DNA of 41,971 nt, counting the filler, from an uncultured virus (IMG/VR IMGVR_UViG_2061766007_004303) (taxonomy: Duplodnaviria; Heunggongvirae; Uroviricota; Caudoviricetes). It is 3 parts of one record of this genome, joined end to end, with 100 filler letters (N's around TTAATTAATTAA, not from the genome) between each part and the next. Parts side by side here need not be neighbours in the genome. Positions count along the whole stretch, not along the records: positions 25,676 to 41,971 come from IMGVR_UViG_2061766007_004303; 2 more parts are not named here. The stretch is one strand, 5' to 3'. Shown here piece by piece: positions 27,141-37,072 of the stretch. The position numbers and the translations under genes were made by a program. Every line of letters starts with the position of its first letter. Position 1 is the stretch's first letter. The notes under the pieces are model-generated. The model worked only from the letters and a program-made list of their open reading frames with translations. It had not been told where the DNA came from and searched no databases.

Positions 27141-28174
27141 TCAAGCCGCCCTCAAAAGGCTCATGAGTTTGCGATAGACGTGTGCAGTGTCGCGGGCGTC
27201 TTCCAAGGCATTGTGCTGGACATCACCCTCGACTCCGAGAGCGGCTTTGAGCGCCTGAAGGGAAACGCTGCCGAACCTCAAATCCGCTTCCTGCATTTGG
27301 AAGACATCGTTCATGGACAGCGCCAGGCGCATGCTGTCGCGCCCGTGATGCGTGAATATCCGGGAGAACTCCGGGAACGCTGAACTCATGAAGTCCATGT
27401 CGAATTTGAGGTTGTGCGCGAGCGGCGTAATCGAGGTGATTCCGTTCTCCATCGCCCATTGTACAAGCTCGGCACGAACATCGGCGATATTCTCTCCCTC
27501 GGTCGGATTGAGCTTGTTCACGGAAATTGCCTTCTGGTCGATACGTTCGGGGTGTTCCGCCCGAATCCTGCATGAGAATTCTGGGATGTCCGTGGAGATC
27601 GTGAAGTCCNNNNNNNNNNTGCCCTCAAAAGGGCCATGAGCTTGCGGTAAACGTGTGCGGTGTCGCGGGCGTCCTCCAAAGCATTGTGCTGAACATCGCC
27701 TTCGACGCCAAGCGCGAGCTTGAGCGACTGCAGGGAGACACTGCCGAACCTCATGTCGGACTGCTGCACATGGAACACATCGTTCATAGACAGCGCCAGA
27801 CGCATGCTGTCGCGTCCATGATGCGTGAATATCCGGGAGAACTCCGGAAACGCAGTCTTCATGAAAGCCATGTCGAAGGCGAGGTTGTGAGCTAGTGGCG
27901 TAATCGAGGTGATTCCGTTCTCCATCGCCCATTGCACGAGCTCGGCGCGGACATCGGAGATTATCTCTCCTTCAGTCGGGTTGAGTTTGTTTACGGCAAT
28001 TGCCTTCTGGTCGATACGTTCGGGGTGTTCTGCTCGAATCCTGCAGGCAAACTCCGGAATGACCGTGGAAACAGTGAAGTCCGGGTTGAGCGGGACGATT
28101 GCGATTTCAAGGACTTCATGCCAGGCGGGGTCAAGTCCTGTGGTTTCGAGGTCAATGGCTGCAAAGACGTTCAT
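27141..28174 (-). CDS. DEDDh 3'-5' exonuclease (DnaQ-like), two overlapping variant copies across a gap
   Basis: IDLETTGLDP...EIA, AHNL.FD, HNALEDA; copies at 27620-28174 and 27141-27609. Confidence 0.9.
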
Positions 28175-28232
28175 GGTCTTTTCTCCTATCGTTGTTTTGT
28201 TGTGGTTGAATCTCCTGGTAGGCAAGCTCGTT

Positions 28233-28961
28233 TTATCGGCATCGACGTCCATGAGCAAGCCCCCTTATGCCTTCAATTAGAAACAGAACTTGGAAAATCT
28301 GAAACACGAAGAATAAAAGGGACACAGCAAGAATGACAGAAGCGATGACGACATAGATAATCGTCAAGATGACCCACTCGAAGAAATTCGTCTCTTCGGG
28401 GACTATCAAGTCCCAAAGCTCAACAAGAGGTTTTACAAGCCCAGCAAAGGGACCAGTATATTTCTTCCTTGGACGTCGGGGAGCCTTTTTCTCCTCACAC
28501 GGCTTTTCAAGCCGTTCCAGCCCCTTGTATTTCAATGCGCCTTCCCTGAAACTCTTCTCCAGCAGGGCGTTCAGCTCCGCAAAGTCGCTTTCCGTTGCGA
28601 AATGCCCCTGATCAGAGGCGGCCGAAAACCATCTTTCGGCCTCATTGTAGTCTGCCTTGACGCCTTTGCCCCTTGTATAGCAGCGGCCGAGTTCGCACTG
28701 GGCCTTAGCATGCCCCTGTTCAGCGGCAAGCCGATACCATTTTGCCGCTTCAGCATAACTTTCCCGGTCTCCTTTCCCGGTATCGTAACATCGGGCAAGT
28801 TCAAATTGAGCATCGGCATAGTCCTGCTCAGCGGCTTTGCGATACCACTTCACCGCTTCAATGTGATTCCGCGTCGAATCATGGAAGCAGGCAAGTTCAA
28901 ATTGAGCGTCCACATATCCATGAGCTGCTTCGGCTGCCATTTTTTGAATGTCGATGTTCAT
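28233..28961 (-). CDS. Sel1-repeat protein with a C-terminal transmembrane segment
   Basis: EAVKWYRKAAEQ..ADAQFELA repeats and a hydrophobic C-terminus. Confidence 0.85.
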   Translation of the reverse strand: MNIDIQKMAAEAAHGYVDAQFELACFHDSTRNHIEAVKWYRKAAEQDYADAQFELARCYDTGKGDRESYAEAAKWYRLAAEQGHAKAQCELGRCYTRGKGVKADYNEAERWFSAASDQGHFATESDFAELNALLEKSFREGALKYKGLERLEKPCEEKKAPRRPRKKYTGPFAGLVKPLVELWDLIVPEETNFFEWVILTIIYVVIASVILAVSLLFFVFQIFQVLFLIEGIRGLAHGRRCR

Positions 28962-29112
28962 GATCTGTCTCCGTTGTGGCGTTCTGTCGTTTCGGATCGG
29001 AATCTCCGTGATTCCGTGTCATCCGTCTTTCGCGTTCTGAGGTTAATATAGCATACGACACTGCCATCTAATGTCAGTTTGACAAGCAAAAACAGAAAAA
29101 AGTCGAAAAAAA

Positions 29113-29940
29113 TTACCAATCCCAGGCGTTGATATCGATAGAGCTTTCCAGTTCCTCCTGCAGCGGCTGAGGTAAAAGGGGAAAGAAATCGAACCCGGTT
29201 ATATTCTCGACCCTGTCCACCGTGACGACAAAACTTTGAAGTGGCGCTGAACTCCCGGCGTTCGGAACGATGAAGGCAAGCATTTTCTGAGGCGGAGTTC
29301 GGTCGTAAATGATTTTGTAAAAAGCGTCCGGCACGGCAACTTCGTTGGCCCCAATGGTCAGTAACGGGGTTTTCAGGAAAATCGGCCCCGTAACAATGTA
29401 CACGTCCTGCTCAGCAAGTGCGAACTTGCGGACCTGGTTTTCTAGGTCCTTCCAGATTTTGCGATTGCATTCCGGTCGCTGAGGACAGATGTTCGACATA
29501 TAGAAGCTGTCGGACATCGTTCGTGCAGAGTGCACCATATCCGCTGCCGGGGCCATGTGGCCACGATCAAAGCCGGTTTTCTTGTAATCGGCAGGGGTGG
29601 CGCTTCCGGTCGGGATGTCGGGATCAGCCCGAAAATCGTTCGAACGGGTCGAGACCTTTGTTCTGAGTTCCTCCAACGTCAACCTGTAAATGACCCACGC
29701 GGGCTGTTCGTGGAGCTCATCGTAGCCCAGCGCATATCCAGGACGGTCAATGACCGTATCGGCAGGACCGGGAATCCCCAGCATCAAATTGTCGTAGCCG
29801 GACTCATCGACCGGAACTCGACAAGAAACCGCGAAGATCAGGCAGAAGATGATCGCGACTGCAAACAGGAGGGACTTTATCCTCGAACGTTTCTTTTTTG
29901 GGGGCATGTGTGTTTTTCTTTTCCGTTTGCGTCTTGCCAT
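29113..29940 (-). CDS. DNA/RNA non-specific endonuclease (NucA/EndoG family), probably exported or lipoprotein
   Basis: FDRGHMAPAAD, SFYMSNICPQ...NRKIWKDLE, VPDAFYKI; basic N-terminus and hydrophobic stretch ending FAVSC. Confidence 0.92.
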   Translation of the reverse strand: MARRKRKRKTHMPPKKKRSRIKSLLFAVAIIFCLIFAVSCRVPVDESGYDNLMLGIPGPADTVIDRPGYALGYDELHEQPAWVIYRLTLEELRTKVSTRSNDFRADPDIPTGSATPADYKKTGFDRGHMAPAADMVHSARTMSDSFYMSNICPQRPECNRKIWKDLENQVRKFALAEQDVYIVTGPIFLKTPLLTIGANEVAVPDAFYKIIYDRTPPQKMLAFIVPNAGSSAPLQSFVVTVDRVENITGFDFFPLLPQPLQEELESSIDINAWDW

Positions 29941-30330
29941 CGTTCTTCCTCTGGCGATGCAAAGCAAAAAAGAGCGGCCTCGACCCATTGTGCGGAGAGA
30001 GGCTCGCCAAAGCCCAAACAGCCCAACAGATCGGGCCGCAAAATACGGTCCGAACTATTGTACAGCTGTTTTTTTGAAATTGGCGATTTCTCTCCGCTGC
30101 ACATAAATATATGCATCCGGTAATACCGGATTAAGTCAGAATCAAGCTATGCTGTTTTGTGCCTTGCGCCTCCTGTTCAGGTGTTGATGGCTATGTAAAA
30201 CTTCCCTGTAATATACTCCATCGGGGAGCATTTTTCAACTGCCGGACGATTATTTCGGGGATTTGCCTGGCGGTGGTGCGAAAAACCTGCTGTTTGCGGG
30301 GCTCACTCCATTGAAAAGTGCCGCCTTGCC

Positions 30331-30573
30331 ATGTATATTAAAGCAATCCTAATGTCGAGAACAACTCCAGTGAATGACCTCTCCCTCAAACTTGCCCCGG
30401 CAACCGACTGGTGTACCATGTCCCCGGATGAACAGAAGCGCGCCCTGTTCAACAAGCAGAAAGACCTGCTCGACACGTTCCTGTCCCACGGAGCCATCGA
30501 CCGCCGCCAATACGAAAAGAGCTTGACATGCATGGCCGAGAAGATGGGTATTGATTTGGACAAGGATGACTGA
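30331..30573 (+). CDS. Small hypothetical protein
   Basis: KQK.LLDTFL.HGAI...QYEKSL..M.EKMG; start uncertain. Confidence 0.65.
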   Translation: MYIKAILMSRTTPVNDLSLKLAPATDWCTMSPDEQKRALFNKQKDLLDTFLSHGAIDRRQYEKSLTCMAEKMGIDLDKDD

Positions 30574-30575
30574 CC

Positions 30576-30721
30576 ATGCCCGACAACCTATATTCTGACA
30601 TCATCGACATGCCGCACCACGTCTCAAAAGATCGGCCGCACCTGTCAATGCACCAGCGCGCGGCCCAATTCTCGCCGTTTGCTGCTCTGGTCGGGTACGA
30701 CGAGGTAATCGAAGAAACCAG
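30576..30721 (+). CDS. YolD-like protein, 5' fragment (variant copy)
   Basis: YSDIIDMPHHVSKDRP.LS...RAAQFSPFAAL.GY. Confidence 0.8.
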
Positions 30722-30732
30722 NNNNNNNNNNA

Positions 30733-30960
30733 ACACTGCCAAAATCAGGACTTTCACCGAAGGAAATCATTTCCATACGCGAAAGCACAGGCCTGACCTC
30801 AGCCGAATTTGCCAAGCAACTTGGCATCGCGGCAAAAAGGTTTTCTGCATGGGAATGCGGCAAGGAAAAACCGGGTGCGCTGGAATCAAAATACATCAGG
30901 GAATTTGGAAAAGAGATTTGCTGGGAACAGGCAGAGCTCGCGAAAGAACAGAATAACTGA
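30733..30960 (+). CDS. XRE-type helix-turn-helix protein, 5'-partial (frame not in the ORF track)
   Basis: Manual translation: LSPKEIISIRESTGLTSAEFAKQLGIAAKRFSAWECGKEKP. Confidence 0.75.
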   Translation, partial: TLPKSGLSPKEIISIRESTGLTSAEFAKQLGIAAKRFSAWECGKEKPGALESKYIREFGKEICWEQAELAKEQNN

Positions 30961-30962
30961 CC

Positions 30963-31499
30963 ATGCCTGATCATCCATATGCCGATATAATTGATTTGCC
31001 GCATCACGTTTCAAAGGATCGGCCACACCTTTCAATGCGTCAACGCGCGGCTCAGTTTTCGCCGTTTGCTGCTCTGGTCGGGTACGACGAGGTAATCGAA
31101 GAAACCAGGCGTCAGACCGACCTCAAACGCGAACTGGACGAGACGGAGAAGGCCGAACTGGATCGGAAACTGAGTGTCATTGCTGCGCATCTCACGGAAA
31201 GGCCAATTGTGGTAATCGAATACTTTGTCCCGGACAAGACAAAGGCCGGTGGCGAGTATGTGGTCAAGTCTGGTACGGTCGTGAAGATTCTGCCGGTACA
31301 GAAAAGGCTTGTTCTTAGCGATGGAACAGAAATCCGCATTGAGGATATCGCGGACATCTCCGGNNNNNNNNNNTTCAAGTCGGGTACGGTCGTGAAAATT
31401 CTGCCGGCGCAGAAGGTGCTTGTGCTTGGTGATGGAACAAAAATCCGCATTGAGGATATCGCGAACATCTCCGGCGAGCTGTTCGCGGGAGAGTTTTGA
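30963..31499 (+). CDS. YolD-like protein
   Basis: YADIIDLPHHVS..RP..S...RAAQFSPFAALVGY...YFVPD..K.GG.Y...G.V.KI; 3' end duplicated across a gap. Confidence 0.85.
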   Translation: MPDHPYADIIDLPHHVSKDRPHLSMRQRAAQFSPFAALVGYDEVIEETRRQTDLKRELDETEKAELDRKLSVIAAHLTERPIVVIEYFVPDKTKAGGEYVVKSGTVVKILPVQKRLVLSDGTEIRIEDIADISXXXXFKSGTVVKILPAQKVLVLGDGTKIRIEDIANISGELFAGEF

Positions 31500-31517
31500 G
31501 GAGAAACGAGGCGAACC

Positions 31518-32320
31518 ATGTCGAAAAACAAAGACGCAAAACGCAAAGCGAAGATAAAAGCACAGAAAGCACAGGCTGTTCAGCAGGCGCAAGCACAAAA
31601 TGAGCATGTCGCTGATGCCATCATGGACATCTGCTCCCCACTGGCGGAACAGTATATTGACCCGGAGAAGACGCCGGATGTGACCGGCTGGCTTGTCCTC
31701 TGGCGCNNNNNNNNNNCACAAGGATTTGAGCGTCAGAAGACAGTTGGAGTTGCTCCATGTCGCACATTCGAGCTGGCGGAACAGTATATTGACCCGGAGA
31801 AGACGCCGGATGTGACCGGTTGGCTTGTACTCTGGCGCATCGGGCGTATCGCATGGAATCTTACCCTCACTGGACGCAGNNNNNNNNNNGTGGAACCTTA
31901 CCCTCACTGGACGCAGGGATATTTCCCAGGCCGACCTCGACAAGACCGACCTTGATGCCGACAACAAAGAAATCCTTGCGGAGAACATCTCTCTGCTTAT
32001 CCGCAGGAAATACGAGCTCTATCCCCAAATCCGCATCAAGGTCGAAAAGATTTCCGTNNNNNNNNNNTGATTGGGGCAAGCCGAAGCTGAAGGTCAGCCT
32101 CGGCGAGACCTATAAAGAGATTCCGATTCCAAAATACGAAGACGAGAAGCCGCAGCCGCTCACGCCGGAAGCCATCCTCGAAATCCGTAAGAAAGCCAGG
32201 CTGTCCCAGGTCAAGTTCGCGGCCGCATTGGGCGTCTCCGTGAAGAAGGTCTCGGCCTGGGAGCATGGCAAGGCCGTGCCGGACGAAGCGGAGACGGAGA
32301 AGATCAGAGGAATGAAATGA
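31518..32320 (+). CDS. Protein with a C-terminal XRE helix-turn-helix, fragmented by gaps
   Basis: C-terminus EIRKKARLSQVKFAAALGVSVKKVSAWEHGKAVP; GAGG RBS. Confidence 0.7.
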
Positions 32321-32547
32321 CCAGCACATGCGACAGATGCCACCGTAAAGGTAAGACCTTTCGCATCCCGTGGACAGGCGACCGTCTTTGCTCAGACTGC
32401 ATCGGCAAGGACAGCGACCTTCAGCAGATGTTCGCTGAGATAGATTCAATGGTATATGACCAACACCTACGCGACCTCGGCATCCCGGCCGATCTCCCTG
32501 ACGGCATGAATATGCCTGTGTACATCATAGAGCCGGAAGACATCTGA
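32317..32547 (+). CDS. Small Zn-finger protein (CDRC...CSDC)
   Basis: ATGA overlap with the HTH gene; shorter variant at 40999-41112. Confidence 0.7.
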   Translation: MTSTCDRCHRKGKTFRIPWTGDRLCSDCIGKDSDLQQMFAEIDSMVYDQHLRDLGIPADLPDGMNMPVYIIEPEDI

Positions 32548-33038
32548 ACTTATCTGTCCAGACGATATTTTTCGAAATAACATGAAATNNNNNNNNNNTA
32601 AATAAAAACCTCGACCTCACGACTTTTATGCTCAAAAATCGCGTTTTTATTCACCGTTTATGCTGANNNNNNNNNNCAGATTGAATTATTCTATGCATGG
32701 TGTATATTAAATACTGGAATAGATTTCTGCTTCTGCAGGTTTTTATTCCATGCTCTTTTGAACAGGACCATCCTTTCCGGCAGGCTCTGCAGCAGTGGTT
32801 GCAACGAGTCGTGAACTTATGACCTTTTGAACCTCCACCATGCATCCATTGCCGGGAACTATTTTTCGATGATTCGCTCGCAAATCGACAAATAAAAACC
32901 TCGACTTCACGACTTTTATGCTCAAAAATCGCGTTTTTATTCTCCGTTTATGCTGAAAAAGTTTAAGAGGACGATGTTTCGAATCGCGAAAACAATCGGA
33001 GAAAAATGAGGGGTGAGCATATTCTCACCTCAAATAGC

Positions 33039-33172
33039 GTCGCGCCGGTTCGGTCCTGCCCGGTCGACCATTTTTTTGCCTCGAATCACCATTTTTCGCA
33101 CATCGTGAAACATGGTGTTTTTTTTGTATTTCGTGACACGAATCGTGGAATAATCGTGGAAAGATCGTGAAA
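33039..33172 (+). other. Degenerate tRNA 3'-end (att-like) followed by arm-type repeats
   Basis: GGTTCGGTCCTGCCCGGTCGACCA-TTTTTT, then ATCGTG(G/A)AA at 33102, 33142, 33153 and 33164. Confidence 0.55.
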
Positions 33173-33404
33173 TATTCCTGGGTTCGGGGAATCAGGTCTC
33201 CAGCTCACAACTAATAACGTGGCGAGGAAAAACTCGTTGTTTTCAGGTTAACTCTGTGCCTTGCTGCCCATATTCAGCTTCAGGGACTGACTTTGAGGCG
33301 AAAGACAAAGCGTCATCAACTGTTTTCCAGCCTGACTTCACGGCTGTGGGGCAAGACTTTTTCGACTTTTTACGGAATATCTGCACTTTTTTTCCGTTTC
33401 CGAC

Positions 33405-33432
33405 TTGATTTTTCCGGAAAACGTGGTATATT
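33405..33432 (+). promoter_or_regulatory. Sigma70-type promoter of tRNA-Pro
   Basis: TTGATT-N16-TATATT with a TG extension, 17 nt upstream of the tRNA. Confidence 0.65.
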
Positions 33433-33449
33433 TGTTAAATCGAACATTT

Positions 33450-33527
33450 CGGGGCGTAGCTCAGTCTGGTTGGAGCGCTAGGTTCGGGACTTAGAGGTCG
33501 CTGGTTCGAATCCAGTCGCCCCGACCA
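33450..33527 (+). tRNA. tRNA-Pro (CGG)
   Basis: Acceptor CGGGGCG/CGCCCCG-A-CCA, D-arm AGCTCAGTCTGGTTGGAGC, anticodon loop TTCGGGA, T-loop GGTTCGAATCC. Confidence 0.95.
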
Positions 33528-33539
33528 TTTGTAGTAGTG

Positions 33540-33590
33540 AAGACTTTTGGGACATGTCCATTGAGACCCGGTCCCAAAAGTCTTTTTCTT
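33540..33590. terminator. Hairpin terminator between the convergent tRNA and transposase
   Basis: AAGACTTTTGGGAC / GTCCCAAAAGTCTT inverted repeat followed by a T-run. Confidence 0.65.
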
Positions 33591-34869
33591 TAGTATTTGT
33601 CGATCAGTTGTTTGGATGCTTTGCCCAGTATTCCCGTTCNNNNNNNNNNNNNNNNNNNNNTCAGCTTCCGATGCGGCCGTTTGAAGTTGTAGAACTCAAT
33701 ATACTCCCGTATCGTCTTATCCAACTCCTCCGCGGAGTTGTACCAGTTGTGTGACAGTTCCTCCCGCTTCAGAATGCTGAAAAAAGCTTCCGCCACAGCA
33801 TTGTCGTGAGGTGTTCCCGGATTCGAGAGCGACTGCCTGACGCCGAGATCACGAAGCAGCTTGCGAAACGAATACGCAGTGTATTGACTTCCCTGGTCAC
33901 TATGGAAGGTCAGCCCAACGGGGCGATTCCTTGCTTCAAAAGCTTTCAGAAATGTCGTCCTGACCAGATCCGTTTTCATTTCAGGCGAAATCCCGTAGGA
34001 AAGCACCATGCGGGAGAACAAATCGATCACAACGCACACGGCATAAAACTCATCGTTGACTCTTGCATAGGTGATATCGCTCACCCAGAATTTGTTCGGA
34101 GCATCCTGAGTAAATTTTCGCAGCAAACGATTCCTCCGATATTTGTATTTCCTGTGTGTCGAGTTAAAAACGCGAGGCCTGTTCTGCTTGCACACCAGAT
34201 TCATTTCCCGCATCAGGCGTTGGATATGTTTCTTGGACACAGTATAACCACGTTCATTGAGCTTGACTCTGATCATGGCTGCTCCAAATCGCTCTCCGCT
34301 GTCGTAGAACTCGGTTTCTATCGCAACTCGNNNNNNNNNNNNNNNNNNNNNNNNNNNNACGTCGTATGAGACAAATTTAGAACACGACAAATCGAACGAA
34401 CAGGGAATTGATCTTTCAGCCGTTTGACTTCTTCGACTTTTTCCTCGTTGGTAGCAGATGCAGTACAGCGGCAAGAACGAATGATTTTGTTTTCCTGTCG
34501 TAACGATTCAAGTTCCCGCGTCATTTTATTGAGTTGCCCGGCAGTGTAAACCTTTCCGGCTTGACTGGTAGCAATTACTGCATTTTGAGCCTGCCATCTA
34601 ATCAATGTGCTTTTCGCGATCTTATATTTTGTACAAATCGCCTTAGTAGAATGGTTCTCCGCATATTCCGCCAAAATCTTTTTCCGTTCTGACTGTGTGT
34701 AGTACCTGCGAATCTGGATCCCTTCGTCATTTTTGGAGGCAGCCTCTTTCAGCCACTTTTTGACGACTGTCAAGCAGACATCGGTTTCAGAAGAGATCTC
34801 CTTCAGGGTTTTGCTTTCCTGCCGTGCGGCAAGAACACGTTCATGTGTTGCACGATCAAATTTCTTCAT
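33590..34869 (-). mobile_element. IS3-family transposase (HTH region plus DDE), interrupted by gaps
   Basis: WVSDITY, VVIDLFSR, FHSDQGSQY, DNAVAEAFFSILKRE, YIEFYNFKRPH; N-terminal HTH repeats from ATG 34869. Terminal inverted repeats not identified. Confidence 0.88.
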
Positions 34870-35018
34870 TTTACCCAATTCCTTTCTTTGGTTGGTTGAG
34901 GGTTGAAGAGGAGTATAATCAAACACAGAACATGTTTTTTTCAAGGGAAGAACGAAAAAAATAATGACGGAGGGGAAACTATCTTCTGCGTTTCGTTTGC
35001 ATTTCCGGCATTTCCCGC

Positions 35019-35047
35019 TTGTTTTTTTGCCTGGGGCGTGATATAAT
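35019..35047 (+). promoter_or_regulatory. Sigma70-type promoter
   Basis: TTGTTT-N17-TATAAT; homologous copy TTGATA-N16-TATAAT at 41660-41687, sharing upstream CATTTCCGGCATTTCCCGC. Confidence 0.65.
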
Positions 35048-35143
35048 AAAANNNNNNNNNNNNNNNNNNNNNNNNNNNNNNNNNNNNNNNNNNNNNNNNN
35101 NNNNNAAACATCTGATTGCGACAAGAATACAGAAACCGCGGAA

Positions 35144-36019
35144 ATGCTGTTACATAAAGGCAAAACAGCCTACAACGCGGAGGATTTTGAAACTGCGGCA
35201 AAGTATTTCAAAAAGGCCGCCGAGTTTGGCAATGTCGAAGCTCAATTCAACCTCGGCGTCTGCTATGACCGCGGTATCGGCATCGAACAGGACTCCGCCG
35301 AAGCTGCGAAATGGTTTCGCAAGGCTGCCGAACAAGGAGATGCTGAATCGCAGTTCATCCTCGGGTTATGCTATCACAACGGCGACGGAGTCGAACAGGA
35401 CGATGTTGAGGAGGCAAAATGGTATCACAAGGCTGCAGAGCAAGGGCATGCCGCGGCACAATGCAATCTCGGCCTCTGCTATGACTACGGTATCGGGGGC
35501 GAGCAGGACTCCGTCGAGGCGGTCAAATGGTATCACAAATCGGCCAAACTGGGCTATGCACAAGCCCTGTGCAACCTCGGCAAATGCTATGAGGACGGCA
35601 TCGGTGTCAAGCAGGATTATGTCGAGGCGGCCGGATGGTACCGCAAGGCCGCAGAACAGGGAGATGCCGAGGCGCTATGGAAATTTGGTTGCTGCTATCT
35701 CGAAGGCTATGGCGTCAAAAAGGATTTGACTGAAGCGGTGAAGTGGTACCGCAAAGCAACGGAACAAGACCATGCTGAAGCCCAAGCCTGTCTCGGTTTA
35801 TGCTATCATTACGGCAAGGGGGTCGAACAGGACTTCGTCGAGGCTGTCAAATGGTATCGCAAGGCTGCGGAACAAGGCCATGCCGGAGCCCAATGCAGTC
35901 TCGGTGTCTGCTATGCCACCGGCGATGGGGTGAAACAAGACTATGCCGAGGCAACGAAATGGTACCATAAATCCGCTGAACAGGGTTATGCACTGTTCCC
36001 CAAAAACTGGACAACTTGA
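35144..36019 (+). CDS. Sel1-repeat protein
   Basis: About seven 36-aa repeats AQ.NLG.CY..G.GV.QD..EA.KWYRKAAEQG. Confidence 0.92.
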   Translation: MLLHKGKTAYNAEDFETAAKYFKKAAEFGNVEAQFNLGVCYDRGIGIEQDSAEAAKWFRKAAEQGDAESQFILGLCYHNGDGVEQDDVEEAKWYHKAAEQGHAAAQCNLGLCYDYGIGGEQDSVEAVKWYHKSAKLGYAQALCNLGKCYEDGIGVKQDYVEAAGWYRKAAEQGDAEALWKFGCCYLEGYGVKKDLTEAVKWYRKATEQDHAEAQACLGLCYHYGKGVEQDFVEAVKWYRKAAEQGHAGAQCSLGVCYATGDGVKQDYAEATKWYHKSAEQGYALFPKNWTT

Positions 36020-36047
36020 CAAGGTGTAAAACGGCATNNNNNNNNNN

Positions 36048-36149
36048 GCCGGCATCCGCGAACTCACGCGGCAGATCACGCTCGAAGACATTCTGAATAC
36101 CTACCAGCGCCATGACGCCGAAAACGGCATCTTCGACTACTGCATCTGA
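36048..36149 (+). CDS. Possible Rrf2-family regulator C-terminal fragment
   Basis: Manual translation AGIRELTRQITLEDIL...IFDYCI*, resembling Rrf2/CymR C-termini. Confidence 0.4.
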   Translation, partial: AGIRELTRQITLEDILNTYQRHDAENGIFDYCI

Positions 36150-36563
36150 GGCGCGTCGTTTTGCCCGCACTGCTCCGAGAGCGAAATCTATCCGCCCGCT
36201 GAAACAAACGTTTTGCTTTCCGTCTATACAAAATATGCCCGACGCAATACAGCACTCAAATGGTGTTGGACCCTGCACCCGTTCCGGCATCCCATATCAA
36301 TACTGTAATGCACCTCTTTTTTCAAGGGAGACATTACGGAAAAGTAGAAAAAAAGTTTGTTTCAGCTTTTTTTGGGGAATCCGTAATGCCGGGTTGATGG
36401 ATTTATTTTGAGNNNNNNNNNNNNNNNNNNNNNNNNNNNNNNNNNNNNNNNNNNNNNNNNNCAACAGGGTATTCACCCGGCTCCATCTTTGTCCGGGGCA
36501 AGTCATATCCTATGAAGTCAATGTCGAATCGGTCATGGAACGAGATCCCAATTCCATGACTCG

Positions 36564-37045
36564 GTGACAAATACCAGCTCCGGACAAATGGCCTTATTTG
36601 AAATGGAGTCCGTCCTTGTCGTAATAGTACTCCGCCAAAACGGTTCGCCCCTGCCGGAGTTCGAGACGAACGAGGCACACGACTACTTCATCGCCCGGCT
36701 GTTTGTCCGGGAGGGCTTCTACGACTACAAAGACGGTAACGCCAGCGGTACTACCAAAGAAACTACCAAAGAAACGGCCCCAACCTCACACGGGACTATC
36801 AAAGAAACTAGCAAAGAAACGGTTTCCCTGCCTCAAGACACTAGCAAAGACACTAGCAAAGACACTATCAAAGAAAACCTGTTAAGCGCAATCCGGCACC
36901 CCCCCATATAAAGGTGGAAGAACTAGCTGACCTTGTCGGCCTGACGGTCTACGGCGTTCGATACCATATCGCCAGATTCCGCCAAAAAGGCATCTTGTCT
37001 CGTGAAGGGGGAACGAAAAACGGGAGATGGATTATTCGACCTTGA
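36564..37045 (+). pseudogene. C-terminal part of a RecG-C/ATPase-linker-wHTH type regulator, frameshifted at a C7 run
   Basis: NGSPLPEFET...YF.ARL, 12-bp KET/KDT linker repeats, then in a shifted frame HIKVEELADLVGLTVYGVRYHIARFRQKGILSREGGTKNGRWII. Confidence 0.6.
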
Positions 37046-37072
37046 AGCCGTAGCCCTCGCTTTCATCGGCTC

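Noticed and set aside
27141..28174. Tandem duplication of the exonuclease (likewise YolD, tail fibre, IS91 5' end)
   Set aside because: The overlapping copies are separated by 10-N gaps and begin or end mid-gene, as expected for uncollapsed strain variants.
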